From NCBI RefSeq assembly GCF_009914755.1, contig NC_060934.1: DNA of 64,000 nt; one strand, given 5' to 3'. The position numbers and the translations under genes are program-made. Every line of letters starts with the position of its first letter. Positions within the stretch are counted from its first letter, which is position 1. Origin of the DNA: the human T2T-CHM13v2.0 reference genome, Homo sapiens. The notes below the pieces were generated by a model. It saw only the letters and a list, made by a program, of their open reading frames with translations, did no database searches and had not been told where the DNA came from. Below, piece after piece: positions 45,126 to 60,100 of this stretch.

Positions 45126-45731
45126 ATGAGTCACAGAAAAAAAATCTTTTTAATCTTCTTTTTCCTTTTGTGCTGTGATTTTTAACACCCAATTCTAAAA
45201 AAGCTCTGTAATCTTTAGGAAGTAGGGATACAGCTTCCAGTAAACTTTCTTTCATTTAGTTACAAATAATTCAATTATAAACCTCAAAGTTTCTGGTTTC
45301 TCCGTGTTAGACTCTACTACCTTTGCAGACCACTAAGCCTTTGTTTTAAAAGTCATTTTACAGCTATATCCCCTCTCCCAAAAATAAAATAAAAATTTAT
45401 TTTTACAAGTCTAATAATAAGTGTTTGAATCAAATTCACTGACCTGCAAAGCAAACTAGAATAAGAACTGAATTTAAAATTCAGAGAAAAGAAGCAGTGG
45501 TGTATCAGAGAAAAGGATAGAGATACGTTAGAACAAAAGCAGACAGTTCTTGTCCTTATGGAGTTTACAGTCAAGAAGGAAAAGCACACGAAGTGAAGAA
45601 CTGGAAAGACAAATGTGCTGGTACTGATGGGGGAGGCTGCACATAAATGGGGCAGGGAATGTCGGGGGAAAACTCTCTGACTTTTCCTCTTATGGTTGCG
45701 TAAACCTAAAACTTCTCTAAAGCATAAAATC

Positions 45732-46048
<317 letters not shown>

Positions 46049-46899
46049 CTATTAAAATGAAAACAAACAAAAAATAGCAACAGCAAAAAAAAAAATGTAA
46101 AACTATAATCATGAAAGAAACATAGAGAGGAGCCAGAAAGGGGTGTATTTTGGTGACCTGACCTAATTTTTTCTGTGGAAGCTCGGATCTAAATGAAGAG
46201 TTAGTGTTGGCCAGGCAAATGGCTCAATGTTCTGGACACAGGCAAGGTCATGCCCAGAGCCCAGCGGTAGGAGAGGATGGGGCTTGGCACGTTGGAGGAT
46301 GACCAGGGGGCCAGTCCGGTGGGATGTGGAGAGGGTGGAAGGGAGGCTGAGGGAGGTGGCACTAAATTGGGGCTAACAGCGATGGGCGATTATCAGAGAT
46401 TTTTAAGAAGGTAAATGCTCTAATAACATTGACTTTTTTAAAACAGTTTGCCCCACTGTGTTTTATTTACAGAGGTATAATTTGCAGTGAAGTGCACAAA
46501 TCAGTGAAATTTTACGTATGCAACCTTTATCACTCACCACCCAAACCAGAGTGGTGTCTTCCCAACACCCCAGGGCCTCTAGTCCTTTTCCAGCGTTGCC
46601 TGAAGACACAAACTACTGATGGCTGCATCCACATGACTGACTTCAAACACAGCACGCTGCAGGAGAAAAGCCGGATACGCGCGTGGAAAGTGGGTGGCTC
46701 CACCACCCTGCTGTTCAGGTTTTCTTTCTGAAAGTTCTTTTGGCTTTATTATGGAATAGAGGTTACAGAAAGGCAAAAGCTTTGGCCGTAGCGGGTGGGA
46801 AGATCTTCCTTACCCTGGAGGAGGAAGTAGGGTCTCCGTAATGTATGTGTGGTACTCAGGGCTCCCGGCAGCCCGAAGCCAGAGTGTGTCCTCACCCTG

Positions 46900-47050
46900 C
46901 CCCGGGTCAGCCCTGTGACCTGGAGGGAGCAACTGAAAAGCTCTGGGCCTCGGATTCCTCATCTGTGAAATGGGGATGCTAACAGTGCTACCTCCTCTGG
47001 TTGGTTTGTGGCAGAGGACACATGAGGCAACCTGTGTAAAATGCTTGGAG
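46900..47050 (+). mobile_element. MIR
   Basis: ctctgggcctcggattcctcatctgtgaaatgggg. Confidence 0.7.
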
Positions 47051-47860
47051 GGTGGCCAGTGTGGTTACCATGGAGATTGACTGGTACCGTCTTCCACATC
47101 CTGTGTTGACTAAGCGCGCACACCAGAATACAGTTCCAAACGATTATCAAACATGAATACAATTCAGAAAATAAACATGCAGCAAAACTTGCCATAAAGA
47201 TTGCATGAAACTATCACTTTAAGAAAAATACATTAAAAATTACCTTAAATACCGAAAAGTACTTTTGTAAGTAAGGATCAGTCCAATAAATTTAACCTGT
47301 ATTTGAATCAGTGTAAAACAACTTGGTTTATAATTTTGTCTTCATCGAGTGGGGGTGACTTTTGTAGCTTCTGTCACTGCTGCCTGGAGTATAGAATTAA
47401 ACACCTTTTTGCAGAAAAAGCCTCCAGCTGTTTTTTTTTTTTTTTTTTTTTTTTTTTACTCTCAGATAATATGGGGTGATTTTTAAAAGACCTGAGACAC
47501 ACAAAATGCTACCTTTTGTAATGCTTTAGGAGGAGGTCTTCAGAAAGTATGAACCAAACGCAAAATAAAAGATTTTTTTTTTTAAACGTTATAAGCACTG
47601 CACACGGATGAACTCTGCCAGGCTGGTGGGATTCTTTCTGATTAGATGACTGAATTTTATTTTTGGATTTTCCCCTTTTGCTGTATCCTTTTTATTTCTT
47701 AAAAAAGGAAAAAGGGTTAGCTGCCTGCTAGTGCACAGTTCTGCCTTTTACAGAGAAATCTGAAATCCAGGCCAGGGAGAAAAAGATGCTTTTATCCCTC
47801 CAGTGTTCGCAGCGTGAAGCATTTGGCGTTCACTCTGCAGCCCTCCTGAAACCAGATCTT

Positions 47861-47928
47861 CAGTGACCCGGGGCTCAGCCTGGGTGGTGCTGAACAGTGA
47901 CCCGGGGCTCAGCGTGGGTGGTGCTGAA
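47861..47928. repeat. Tandem duplication, 2 x 34 bp
   Basis: cagtgacccggggctcagc(c/g)tgggtggtgctgaa twice, one mismatch. Confidence 0.95.
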
Positions 47929-48397
47929 CCCTGGCAGTGGTGTTGGTGGGATCTGTTCAGGAGACCGTGCTGTCTTCTACATTTACCTTTCAGTCTGGTC
48001 CTGCAGGGTCCTTTTCCGCCTTCGCTTTTTAGCTCTTAGGGGAAGGGTCCCCTGAAGCTTTCACAAATCCCAGCGGGGCTGCTGATTGGGTCTGAAACAA
48101 GATCAAGAAATTCAGGTAGCAAGAAAAGATCGGAGAGGCAGCCAGGGAGAGGCAAAAGGTGGACACTTTTCCTTTCATTGACTTTGAAAGTAGCTTTCTG
48201 TGCTTATATTTTGAGAATATAAGAACACAATAGGGAGTATAAACTTTTATAAATGAAAGGAATGAAATCACAGGTATTGCAGGTGAGCTATTAAATCTAG
48301 ATAGGGAGCACCCCAATATCTGACTCTCTCTGAAACCCCAGGGTGATAGGCCCTGTACAGGAGGGGAGTGAGGCTGTTTATTGGAAAATTCCCATTG

Positions 48398-48625
48398 AGG
48401 ACATGTGAACACAAAGAAGGGGATGATACCCACTGGGGCCTATTCGAGGGTGGAGGCATGAGGAGGGTGAAGATTGAAAACCTACCTCTCGGATACTATG
48501 CTAATTGTGTGGGCAACACGGTTATGTGTACACTAAACCCCCTCGATACACAATGAGCCCATATAACAAACTTGCACAGGTACCCCTTGAACCTAAAATA
48601 AAAGTTGGAAAGAAAGAAAAAAGAA
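48398..48625 (+). mobile_element. L1PA15/16-like 3' UTR fragment
   Basis: cactggggcctattcgagggtggagg...gtaccccttgaacctaaaataaaagtt. Confidence 0.8.
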
Positions 48626-49529
48626 AACACCCAGCAGACCATGTGAGGACATCTACAGCACGTGTCGCATGCCCTTCACTTCAGCCTGTGTTGTGTCGTC
48701 CCATCCAGGCAGCATGTACATGCTGGGGGGTTGGAGGGGGGTCCTGGGCCCTGCCCACCATCCCTGCAGCAGCTCACCAGGCCCTTGCTGCCAACTGTGT
48801 TCCAGTTTGCTGGCTGCACCTTGGAGAGGCCTGCTGGGGTGGCTGGGGTAGGAGGAGGGCGGCCGATGTCCTTCGGGTGAGGTGGGTGCTCTTACCATAT
48901 CCCAGGGAAGTTTGCTTTTGCTAAAAGGATTTCTTTCTCTTCACCAGCCTTGACTTTTATTGCAAATGCAGCCCCAACATCAACCCTTTAAAAAAATGTC
49001 TCTGGGGTAGGTGCGTGCCAAGCCTCAAGAAAGGAAGTGGTGTTTGCCTGGCCCCCAAATGGGAGGTGAGGGGTGCAGCAGTGAAGGTGCCGCGAAAACC
49101 CTCCTCCACCACCGAGTTCAAAGGATTAGTTTGGAGATGGCCACCTCTGATGCCCTAGTCACGCTATGAATTATTATCCTATCTCATTTTAAAAAAAAAA
49201 TTAAATGTATTAAGCATTATACGTAGTTCAGGTACAATGCTACACACTCAATATACTAACTTTGAATAAGTCTCATTCCTGACGCAGCTCACATTTCAGT
49301 AAAGTAGAAACATAAGTAAGCAGAGATTTATAATGAATTGTGATAGATGCTAATACATTCATGAAACAATACAGCCACCAAGCAGGACTTAAACATCTAT
49401 TGTTTTTTTATGTGAGAGGAGTTCCAAGCACTAAGACTAATTGTATTATTAACTTCAACTAATAGTACCCGGTGAACACATTCAATGTCTCCTCCAGTAT
49501 CTTGTGTTCTTAAATGGAATATTCTTAGC

Positions 49530-49730
49530 TTTTAGAGTATGTGGTTTAAAATCCTGGGTCAACCACCTACTAGTTTTTAAAACTTAGCCAAGTTACTTGA
49601 ACTCTGTGCCTCAGTTTACTCTTCTGCAAAATAAAAAATTAAAAATAATACTTAACTCATAGGTTGTTCTGAGAATAAAATTGCTTAATACATAAAAAGT
49701 GATTAAATTAGTGCCTGGCCATAACGAGAA
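49530..49730 (+). mobile_element. MIR
   Basis: caagttacttgaactctgtgcctcagtttactcttctgcaaaat. Confidence 0.75.
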
Positions 49731-49738
49731 CTTTATAA

Positions 49739-50048
<310 letters not shown>

Positions 50049-50574
50049 TATAAACTTTAACTCTCTAACTCTACCACGGTGATGTTTGTTCTTGCTATCC
50101 TCGTCAACACTAATGAATTTCCCTTTCGTTGTTCTGTGGTGTAAAAATAATGCTCAAGTCGAGTTGGACACACACGAGGCTCTGACGCGACCATGGCTAG
50201 ACAAACTTGTATTATCATTTGGCACCGTTGGCAAGGCTGCCAGGCCTGGCTTCCTGCTCACTGCCTGGTAAGAGCCAAGCTAGAATGATTGGCAAAAATC
50301 AAAGTCTTGGTCAGAAGAGTTCCAAAACCATTCTTTTTTAAGATTCAAAACACATTTACCAAGGAAAGTCAACTTCTAGCACTGACAAAGCCAAATTTCT
50401 CAGAAGGCAGACTCAAACACACAAAGAATATACAAAAATTGGATCAAAATATTGACCTTGGAATCCACATTGATAATTCCAGGCTTAATGCCAGTCAATT
50501 CTAATTGGCTAAAACAATGATACTATTGTTGTATAATCCTATCCTGCTGTAGGTTATAAAGAATAGTTGCCATA

Positions 50575-50690
50575 TTATAGACAGGTGTTAAATATGCACT
50601 TTTGAGATGGAGTCAAGGGGAGGGAACATAGACCCCAACTCTTGATAGGAGAAATGCTAAGAAGTTTGGGGGCTATGTTTTAAATCCAAG
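50575..50690 (-). mobile_element. MLT1 LTR 5' fragment
   Basis: tcaaggggagggaacatagaccccaactcttgataggag. Confidence 0.55.
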
Positions 50691-51179
50691 GCCACCTTTA
50701 AAAAATGTTAGAAGTCATGTTTATTAAATTTGAGAGCATAATAGGGCCAAAAATAGGAAAATTACTGAACACTGAAGTATTGTTAAAACATTAAAAACTT
50801 GAAAATTAAATCAACCGACTCATATGTGAATCTCCATATTTTGTAACAGTGATCTCCACTATAGACATATATATATAGATATATAAACATGTAAAATATT
50901 TTACCCAAGTTAGGAGCCAACTCCTTACATTTGTTTTCTAAACTTAAAAATAAAAGTAGAGTAGCTCCTATATGACCCCAGGTGACTTGAACATGATTTA
51001 CCCATATTCTTCCAACAGTTTCACGTCCTGTAACTTAACCCACTGAGTTTCAGGTACAGTATTTTAAGGTACATAACCAATAATGTAGAAATAACTTTAG
51101 CTTTTTATTATAGACTCTCAAAATAAAAGTGTCGTGCAGGCTCAGACACCCAAAGCCATGGCCTTTAAGAGGGCCTGAC

Positions 51180-52512
51180 CCTCAGAAATCACACCACACA
51201 TCTACAACCATCAGATCTTTGACAAACCTGACAAAATCAAGCAGTGGGAAAAGGATTCCCTATTTAATAAATGGCGCTAGGAAAACTGGCCAGCCATATG
51301 CAGAAAGCTAAAACTGGACCCCCTTCCTTACACCTCATACAAAAATTAACTCAAGATGAATTAAAAAATTAAATGTAAAACCCAAAACCATAAAAACCCT
51401 AGAAGAAAACCTAGGCAATGCCATTCAGGACATAGGCATGGGCAAAGATTTCATGACAAAAATGCTAAATGGAATTGCAGTAAAAACTAAAATTGACAAA
51501 CGGGATCTAATTAAACAAAAGAGCTTCTGCACAGCAAAGGAAACTATCATCAGAGTGAAGAGGCAACCTACAGAATGGGAGAAAATTTTTGCAACCTACC
51601 CATCTGACACAGGTCTAATATCCAGAATCTACAAGGAACGTACACAAATTTACAAGTAAAAAACAAAAAAATCCATAAAAAAGTGAGCAAAGCATATAAA
51701 CAGATACTTCTCAAAAGAAGACATGTATGTGGCCAACAAACATATGAAAAAAAGCTCAATCATTAGAGAAATGCAAATCAAAACCACAATGAGATACCAT
51801 CTCACACCAGTCAGAATGATGATCATTAAAAAATCAAGAAACAATAGACGCTGTTGAGGCTGCAGATAAATAAGAACACTTTTACATTGTTGGTGGGAAT
51901 GTAAATTAGTTCAACCATTGTGGAAGACAGTGTGGTGATTCCTCAAGCATCTAGAACCAGAAATACCATTTCACCCAGCAATCCCATTACTGGGTATATA
52001 CCCAAAAGAATATAAATCTTTCTACTATAAAGACACACGCACATGTATGTTTATTGCAGCACTATTTACAATAACAAAGACATGAAACCAACCCAAATGC
52101 CCATCAATGATAGACTGGATAAAGAAAATGTGATACATATACATCATGGAATACTATGCAGCCATAAAAAAGATCATGTCTTTTGCAAGGACATGGATGA
52201 AGCTGGAAGGCATCAGCCTCAGCAAACTAACACAGGAACAGAAAACCAAACACTGCATGTTCTCACTCATAAGTGGGAGTTGAACAATGAGAACACATGG
52301 ACACAGAGAGGGGAACATCACACACTGGGGCCTGTTGGTGGGTAGGGGGCAGGGGGAGGGAGAGCATTAGGACAAATACCGAATGCATATAGGGCTTAAA
52401 ACCTAGATGATGTGTTGATAGGTGCAGCAAACCACCATAACACATGTTTACCTGTGTAACAAACCTGCACATTCTGCACATGTATCCCAGAACTTAAAGT
52501 AAAAAAAAAAAA
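51180..52512 (+). mobile_element. 5'-truncated L1PA (PA8-10-like), decayed ORF2 end plus 3' UTR
   Basis: ORF 51438-51659 [43 protein letters not shown] is L1 ORF2; polyA tail; degenerate TSD agag(ggc/agt)ctgac. Confidence 0.95.
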
Positions 52513-54458
52513 GAGAGAGTCTGACATACGGAGATTGCAGTTAGCTTTAATTTACATTTAATTTGCTATTGCATTTGAAACCATTCATTCCCATGCAATG
52601 CCCTTTTTCTGCACGGTCTTTATTTCTTTGATGTACAGCTCCATAAAGATGCCAGTGCAATTCTTCTCCTTTCTATCAGAGGTCCTTAAGTAATTTCAAA
52701 AGCCTGTTTCATTCCTGACTTTATAAATGCAGAAACAGAGGCAAAGAAGCCTTCAGTCAACAGCTCAAGGACACCTAGAGCCTTGGCAGCAGTGCTGTGC
52801 GGGGTGAGTGCCCTTGGCTCTTCAGGAGGCCCCTCTCCTAATTGCCCGGCACAGCCACCTAATTCACTCGGTGCTTTTAGAAAGCAATAGTTATTGCTGC
52901 CTGACTCGGGATAGACTGTATTATAATCCTATAATATGTGAAATTAATTTTCTCAGTGATTCAGTACCAGATTTTTCTCCAAGCTGGAGCTAATCCAGAC
53001 AGTTAAAACTATTTTCTTGATTTTTGTTGTCCAAAAGAAGATAGCTTCATCTTACCTTCAAAAGTATTAGTAGGTCTACAGGAAAGGTCTAATGATTTCT
53101 GTTTTTTTTTTTTTTTTTTTTTGAAGAAATACATTCTACAGCTTTATCTGCTCTGAAGAACCGAGTATAACTTCTAAATTGGTATGTATAAATTATTTCA
53201 TAATCAGAAAATGTCTAGTTTTCTAGGACAGTGTCTAGCCAAAACAATGCAGTTATATATTATAAAAACTTGATAAAAATGTGCTTCTCACTCACTCTGG
53301 CATTCTATCCCAGAGTTGGATAATGTTTTGGGCCTCTGTGACCCATGTAAATAATTGAAATGGCAAGTGAACATACACTCATCCATATTTATTGTTTTTT
53401 CTTTTTTCTTTTTTCCAAACTAACCCTGCAGTGCAACAGGCTTTGTTGTCTTTGGAGCTGAAGTAAGCGATCTTTTCATTATATATTCAGGGACACAAAG
53501 AAGGCCGCAAGTCGCTTTTTAGGAAATGCGAGTACACTACTGGGTTCCTTTAGAGAAATTAAGAGCAAGGTGAACGATTGGTCAGCAGGGGTGATCGTGA
53601 TCGGGGCTGTGGCAAGAACCCAGCAGGAGACAGTTGATTGCGCTCTCCAGCTCTCCGGTGCTCTCCAGGCCTCAGCACAATCTCCAGCGTTCCAGGCTTT
53701 GTCTTTCAGGAGCTGGACAGGGGTCCTCTATAGAAAAACAACATTCAGTCCTCCCAAGAGACAGCCTCTTCCCTTTTAGTTTCACGCTCCAAGCAGGCAG
53801 AGAGAACCATAAACTTTTCCTTCCACAAAAGTAATGAAACACGTGAGTGCGTATTTATCAGCTCCATTTTATTTTTGTGAAAACCTTGTCTTGTTACATT
53901 TCATAAAATTTAGAAGTGCAGGAAGTGTTGGACATTCTCTTGTTTATTCCCCGACTTTGATGTTCGGAAGTCAGAGATCAAGATGTGCTTGTCCGCAGGT
54001 GGCCAGTTGGCAGATGGCCCCGGGCCCTGGTCTGCTACCTCCTGGTTAAACTATCCTCCTACCTGGGGGCTTTGTTCAGCTCTGCTTCATTTAGTGAAAC
54101 GCTGACGTTGTAAGCCTGCTGTGGAGTGTGTGTTTAGGCAAATAGGAGCTGTGCTGTCTGCAGCAGGCCCAATGCCATGTGGGTAAAGAAAGGGACCCGG
54201 TATTAGGGAGGGAACTCCTGAAGTCTTTGTGCTCCACCATCTTTTGAGTGATTTTTCAGGGAAAGGCTGGGAGTGGTGGGGAGGGACAAACGGGGGACTC
54301 TGCTGGTGACTTCATGCTGTGTGGCCTGGGCTCGGAGTCCTGTCCTGGCAGCTGCATTCTTTGTGGTGGAGTCTGCCTTAGGGCAGGGCCTAAGGCTTCC
54401 ACCTCACCTTCACTGGGGAAGAGGACTGTGTAATCCAGCCCATTCTGAAATGATTACT

Positions 54459-54796
<338 letters not shown>

Positions 54797-55127
54797 TAAT
54801 GTGCTAGTCATGGCAATTTACTCATCAGCTACTTAAAAAATGTCTCTGAATGATGATGGCAGTATCCCGTGGGACATCAGGAAGCTACTTACCTCCCTCT
54901 GCTGTGTTTTAATTTTACCAATAGCCATTCAGGACTTTTATAGAAATTCCCATCAACATCTCAAGAGGGTTTTCAGTCTTTCCTTGAATAGTAAAATGGC
55001 ACAGTGTAACCTCAACCTGCACCAACAACTTACAGTATGTGGAGTCCAAATGAACGATGTTTTGTTGCCCTCTAAGCTGGGCCTGTCACTCGAGCACTGG
55101 TAGGACCAGTGGCTTTGTAAATCAGTC

Positions 55128-55128
55128 T

Positions 55129-55168
<40 letters not shown>

Positions 55169-55455
55169 TTTATGAGATGGAGTTTCGCTCTTTTTGCCCA
55201 AGCTGGAGTGCAGTGGCCCCATCTCAGTTCACTGTGACCTCCACCTCCCGGGTTCAAGCAATTCTCCTACCTTGAACTTCCGGGGAACTGGGATTACAGG
55301 CATGCTTCACCACACCCAGCTGATTTTTGTATTTTTAGTAGAGACAGGGTTTTGCCATGTTGACCAGGCTGGTCTCGAACTCCTGACCTTAGGTGATCTG
55401 CCCGCCTTGGCCTCCCAAAGTGCTGGGATTACAGGTGTGAGCCACCACGCCTGGC
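55128..55455 (-). mobile_element. AluSq/Sp-like with (TTA)n tail
   Basis: TSD tgtaaat(c/t)agtcttt. Confidence 0.95.
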
Positions 55456-55772
55456 TGTAAATTAGTCTTTAATTTAAACATTTCCTCAGCTCACTCTCTG
55501 CACCTGATTTGGATAGAATAGGGTAGGAGTGTTTGAACTTTAAATATTATTTTAAAGAGGTGGATTTATTCAAAGCATGGAAAACGTTAGTTGTACCTTT
55601 CCTTCCTAAGGCGCTTTCTAAGGAATCCAGCTTACAATTTCTGTAGCTATACTTTATTTCCAGTCCCAATCAGTCATCAGGATATAAGAGTTTTATTGAT
55701 CTGTGCAGTGTATTCTAGTTAAAAAAATTATGCCAAATCAAATAATTGAATAGATGCCCCAGTCAAAATTCT

Positions 55773-55900
55773 CTAAACATTACTGTTATGTATAGGCCAT
55801 ACTATATATACAAAGTAAATCATGAATCATTAAACACTAAACATTACTATTACGTATAGGCCATACTACATATACAAAGTAAATCATGAACCATTAAACA
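55773..55900. repeat. Tandem duplication, 2 x 64 bp
   Basis: ctaaacattact...cattaaaca at 55773 and 55837, four mismatches. Confidence 0.95.
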
Positions 55901-56731
55901 GAACCATGCAATGCTTTTCTTTGTGAACCAGTGATCAAAACCAAGCCCACGAGAACTAGAAAGTCTTAGGTCAAATCAGTGTTATTGGAGAAGAGATCAA
56001 GTTATTTGACCTTTTCTCGGAGACAATTTAAGTCTGACACATGATCTTTACCCCCTGGAGAAGCAAATTCGCAACTCACTGCACTAGATTCACCCTGCAA
56101 TACAATCTCTGAAAATACACCTTCCACCTTCCAAACAAGTATCAGAAGATGAACTGCATTCCATTCAAATCATAAAAACTATTTTGTACCGGTCATCAGA
56201 AGCTAATTCTGTACTTATCGCACCTTGAGGGAGATCTGCTGCTGCATGAGATAGACACAAGGGGCAATTTATTCATGGAGAAGTGAGAGCAGCAGGATGG
56301 AAATGGGGGAAAGAACTTTATCCCGGCCACTTCTGGGAGAGGGCAGAACATCTCTGATGGAAACGGGTGTTCCTGATTCTAAGAAATAAATGCTCTGCTG
56401 TGTTGACATGAAGCTACTCTGTTCAAATTCAAGGGCAACAACATTTTATACAGCCTTACTCTCCCAAGAGATGGGTTAAAAAACGCACATTGAGACATAT
56501 TTTAGTATGGGGTGGAGCTCCATGTATGTCGACAACAGGCTAGTAATGCGAAAGATGTGTAATATATAATAAAGCTGCAGAGAATAAATCCAAACCATGA
56601 GATTCTATTCGTATTTCTTAAATACAGTCTGATTGTGAAATCATTCTCCTATACTCCTTTGTAATTTTTTGGAGTATTTTCAGGAATTGCTGATATTTTA
56701 CTCACAACAAAAAAATACACAAAATGAATAA

Positions 56732-57161
<430 letters not shown>

Positions 57162-60100
57162 TTTGGTCTTAATTTTTTTTAAAAAGGGTCCTACGTTATC
57201 ACTGTAGCCTAAAACTAGAAATGAAAAACAAAACAAAACAAAAAAAAACAGACTATTGAGGGTTTCTTTCATAAGGAATTTCACCCATTCTACTTTTGGA
57301 AAAATGAATGTTTGGAAAGTATGCAATTAGGTATCATCTTGGATCATAAAGAAATTTGAAAGGAAATTTTTAGAAGTTTTGATTTTCTCAGTTTTTGCAA
57401 CAGATACTAAGCATCTAATCATCCCTTGTGTGAAGAAAAGAAGAAGCTTCTTTTGACAATGATGTGTCTCATTCTCAGGCTCTGTTTCTCTAACACGGGA
57501 TGCTGCAGAAGCAGCCACATCTCCACCTTCCCACGACGCGGTTTTGTGTTTGGAGAGTACAGCAGCAGTTTAGGCAGCAACTAAGAACCAAGGAAACGTA
57601 TTCGTAAATGCTCTTTGCCACAACTTCATCTCCCTTTTCTCCCCGTCACCTCAAAAAACCCCCACACAGCCAACGATAGACACAATGCTCCTAGAAAAGG
57701 AAAAAGAAAAGGAGGAGGAGAAGACAATACCAAAACGTGCATTTTACTGTGTTGATGCTATTCAGGATGCAAATAGAAACAGCCAAAGTCCCAGCGCCTC
57801 TGCTGAGGGCAGACAGAAGCTGAACCAGGCGTGCGCTGTGGCTGTCCCCGTGCAGGCGGAGGTGTGTGATCTCGAGAGGAATGTTTATTATTACTTCTCT
57901 TCCCCCTAGAGAGGTAGCTTCATTTCCTTAATGCAGAGTAGAGCTGGTGGGGAAGTGTGAGGTATTCAGCCCCTCCCTGGGCACCAGGCTCCTGTCCTGA
58001 CCTGCATCCATTGTCAGGGATGTCCTCAATGCACACAGGAATCATCTCCTCCCAGACACAGCTGGTGGGAACCTAAGGCCATCTGGAATTCTGCAGAATG
58101 TTTCCATGATAATGGTTGGAACTTCTAGTGCATCCTTTTGTGCCACATTTTATTTTTGTGGCCTTGAAGCCACAAAGCCTTCACAGATGGCACTTTGCCT
58201 GGTTGCATCTGGCCTCCATTTTTTAAAAAGTAGCCTTCAATTTAATCATTGCAGGTTTTATTTTCACGCAACGCTAGATTTATGCTTTCCTTAATAATGT
58301 TCTACTGCACAGTTAAACTACTCCTGAGAGGACATCTTTGGCATCTGTAGCTAAGCAAATATTTTCTCTGGAGACAGAATTTTTAAAAATGAAATCACAC
58401 AATGGCCTTTTTTGTAGTATTTTCATTATTTTGGTCATTAAACTAAACATTAGCTTCTAAATGTTTAAAAATAATTGTAGTTACTTAAAATTATTCCCAG
58501 GAGGGGATTTTCTCAGTTCTCTCCTTCTACCTCACAAAAAGGATCTGCGAACACCCCTGATGCCGTACAAGGATCACGAACCAGGAACCAAGAAGAGACA
58601 AACAGCCTGTCTTCTTCCTTGCAGCTTCTCCACCCACCCCTGACTAGTGAGTTTCCATCCTGCACGCCTGTGCATACGTGTGCTAGTGGCCTGTCACTGA
58701 GAATTCTTCAGAACCAAAGATGATTTCAACCCCCAGGGCCATCAAGCATCAGCTATTATTTTGCTTCTGCTGGGGCACACAAATCAAGTTAGTTTCTACT
58801 CTTCAAGTGCACTTTCTTGCTTTGGAAGAGTTTTCTGATTTCAGCTCCTGCTGCAGGCTTAAATGGAACCTTACTGTGACCACGGCAGGAGGGACTTCTG
58901 CCTTCTCACAGCTTTCTGATTGAGCTAAAATTTTGAGGACATTTCTAAGAATTGCCACAGCTTAATTCAACACTCTAATTTTTGTTTATGATGCAAATAA
59001 GAATGGCCATGGCTCTTCCTTATACATTTGAATCGATGATTACAAATAGCATGTGTTGAACACGTTTCATGAAAGATTAACAGTTATTTCACTTCACCCC
59101 TGCAGCAGCACCAAGGAGTAGAGAGTGTTACTGTCTCTGCTAGGAACAGAAATGCAAAGTTTAAGGGGCTTGGCAAGAAGGCCACATACCTAAGACACCC
59201 ATTCAGATTCACCCAAGGCTCATTTCCCTTCCAGGGCAGAGCTCCGGCACCTGTGCTCTGGGGAACCCACCACACTACAGAGCTTTAAAACCCTCACTTT
59301 GTGGGTGTCACATCCTGCAGAGAAGCCTAGTCACTCTACAGGAGATGTCACAGGGGATCAGATAAATCTCAGGGGAAAGGGCTAGAGCTACTCTTTCGCC
59401 AGGATTTGCACCTCTGAGGCTACTGGTGAATCTTTCTTTAAGTCGGTAAAATTTGTTTTTTAATCCAAAAATTCTCTGCGGATCCTAGTTGGTTTTCATG
59501 TTGGATAAATTTTGGCAAGACTCCAAAGGAGACCCCAGAGGCCGAGCGGGGGTATGCTGTGGTGGGAAGAGAGTGCCCTTGGTGGATTAGCATTGCCCCT
59601 TTCAGACCCTTACCTGGTGTTAGTTTTCTATGGCTTTGAACTCTCATTATTCTCACCTCTCAAATGGGTATAATGATATCTACCTCATGAGATTACTGAC
59701 ATAGAAGAAAGAACATATGCAGAGTGGCCAGCAATTCCCAGCACAGAGTAGGTGCGTAGGGCGGGCTCCCAGGAAGCAGGTTCTGGGAAGCAGATATCCT
59801 GGTGGGTACCCTCAAGAGTAACTTACCTAAGGGAGGGAGGGGCCCGATGGGCAGGGCGGATGCCTAGCTGTGGTGCAGCTGCAAGTGAGACCTGTGCTGG
59901 TCATTCGGGTGCTCTGGAGCTGGGAGCCCGTACACATTTGAGGCAAGGTGCCTAGGCCTTGAGACCTCGCTGGGAACAGCCATGAGATTTGGTGCGCCCC
60001 AGGGAGGGGCATATACCTTGGAAAAGATGACTCCTTGGGGTGAGAGCAATTCCTGGGGAGAGATTCAGCTGGCGGCCTCCAGCAGCTCACCTTCCTGGAA

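Noticed and set aside
46594-46689. 96-nt + exon candidate with a kinase-like look (QRCLK...DGCIHMTDFK vs HRDLK...DFG)
   Set aside because: Catalytic residues and spacing are wrong, the donor is weak, and the acceptor lies in what looks like an old L1M 3' fragment.
51129-52345. L1 ORF2-like peptides as a CDS
   Set aside because: 5'-truncated, with stops and frameshifts; a dead L1PA.
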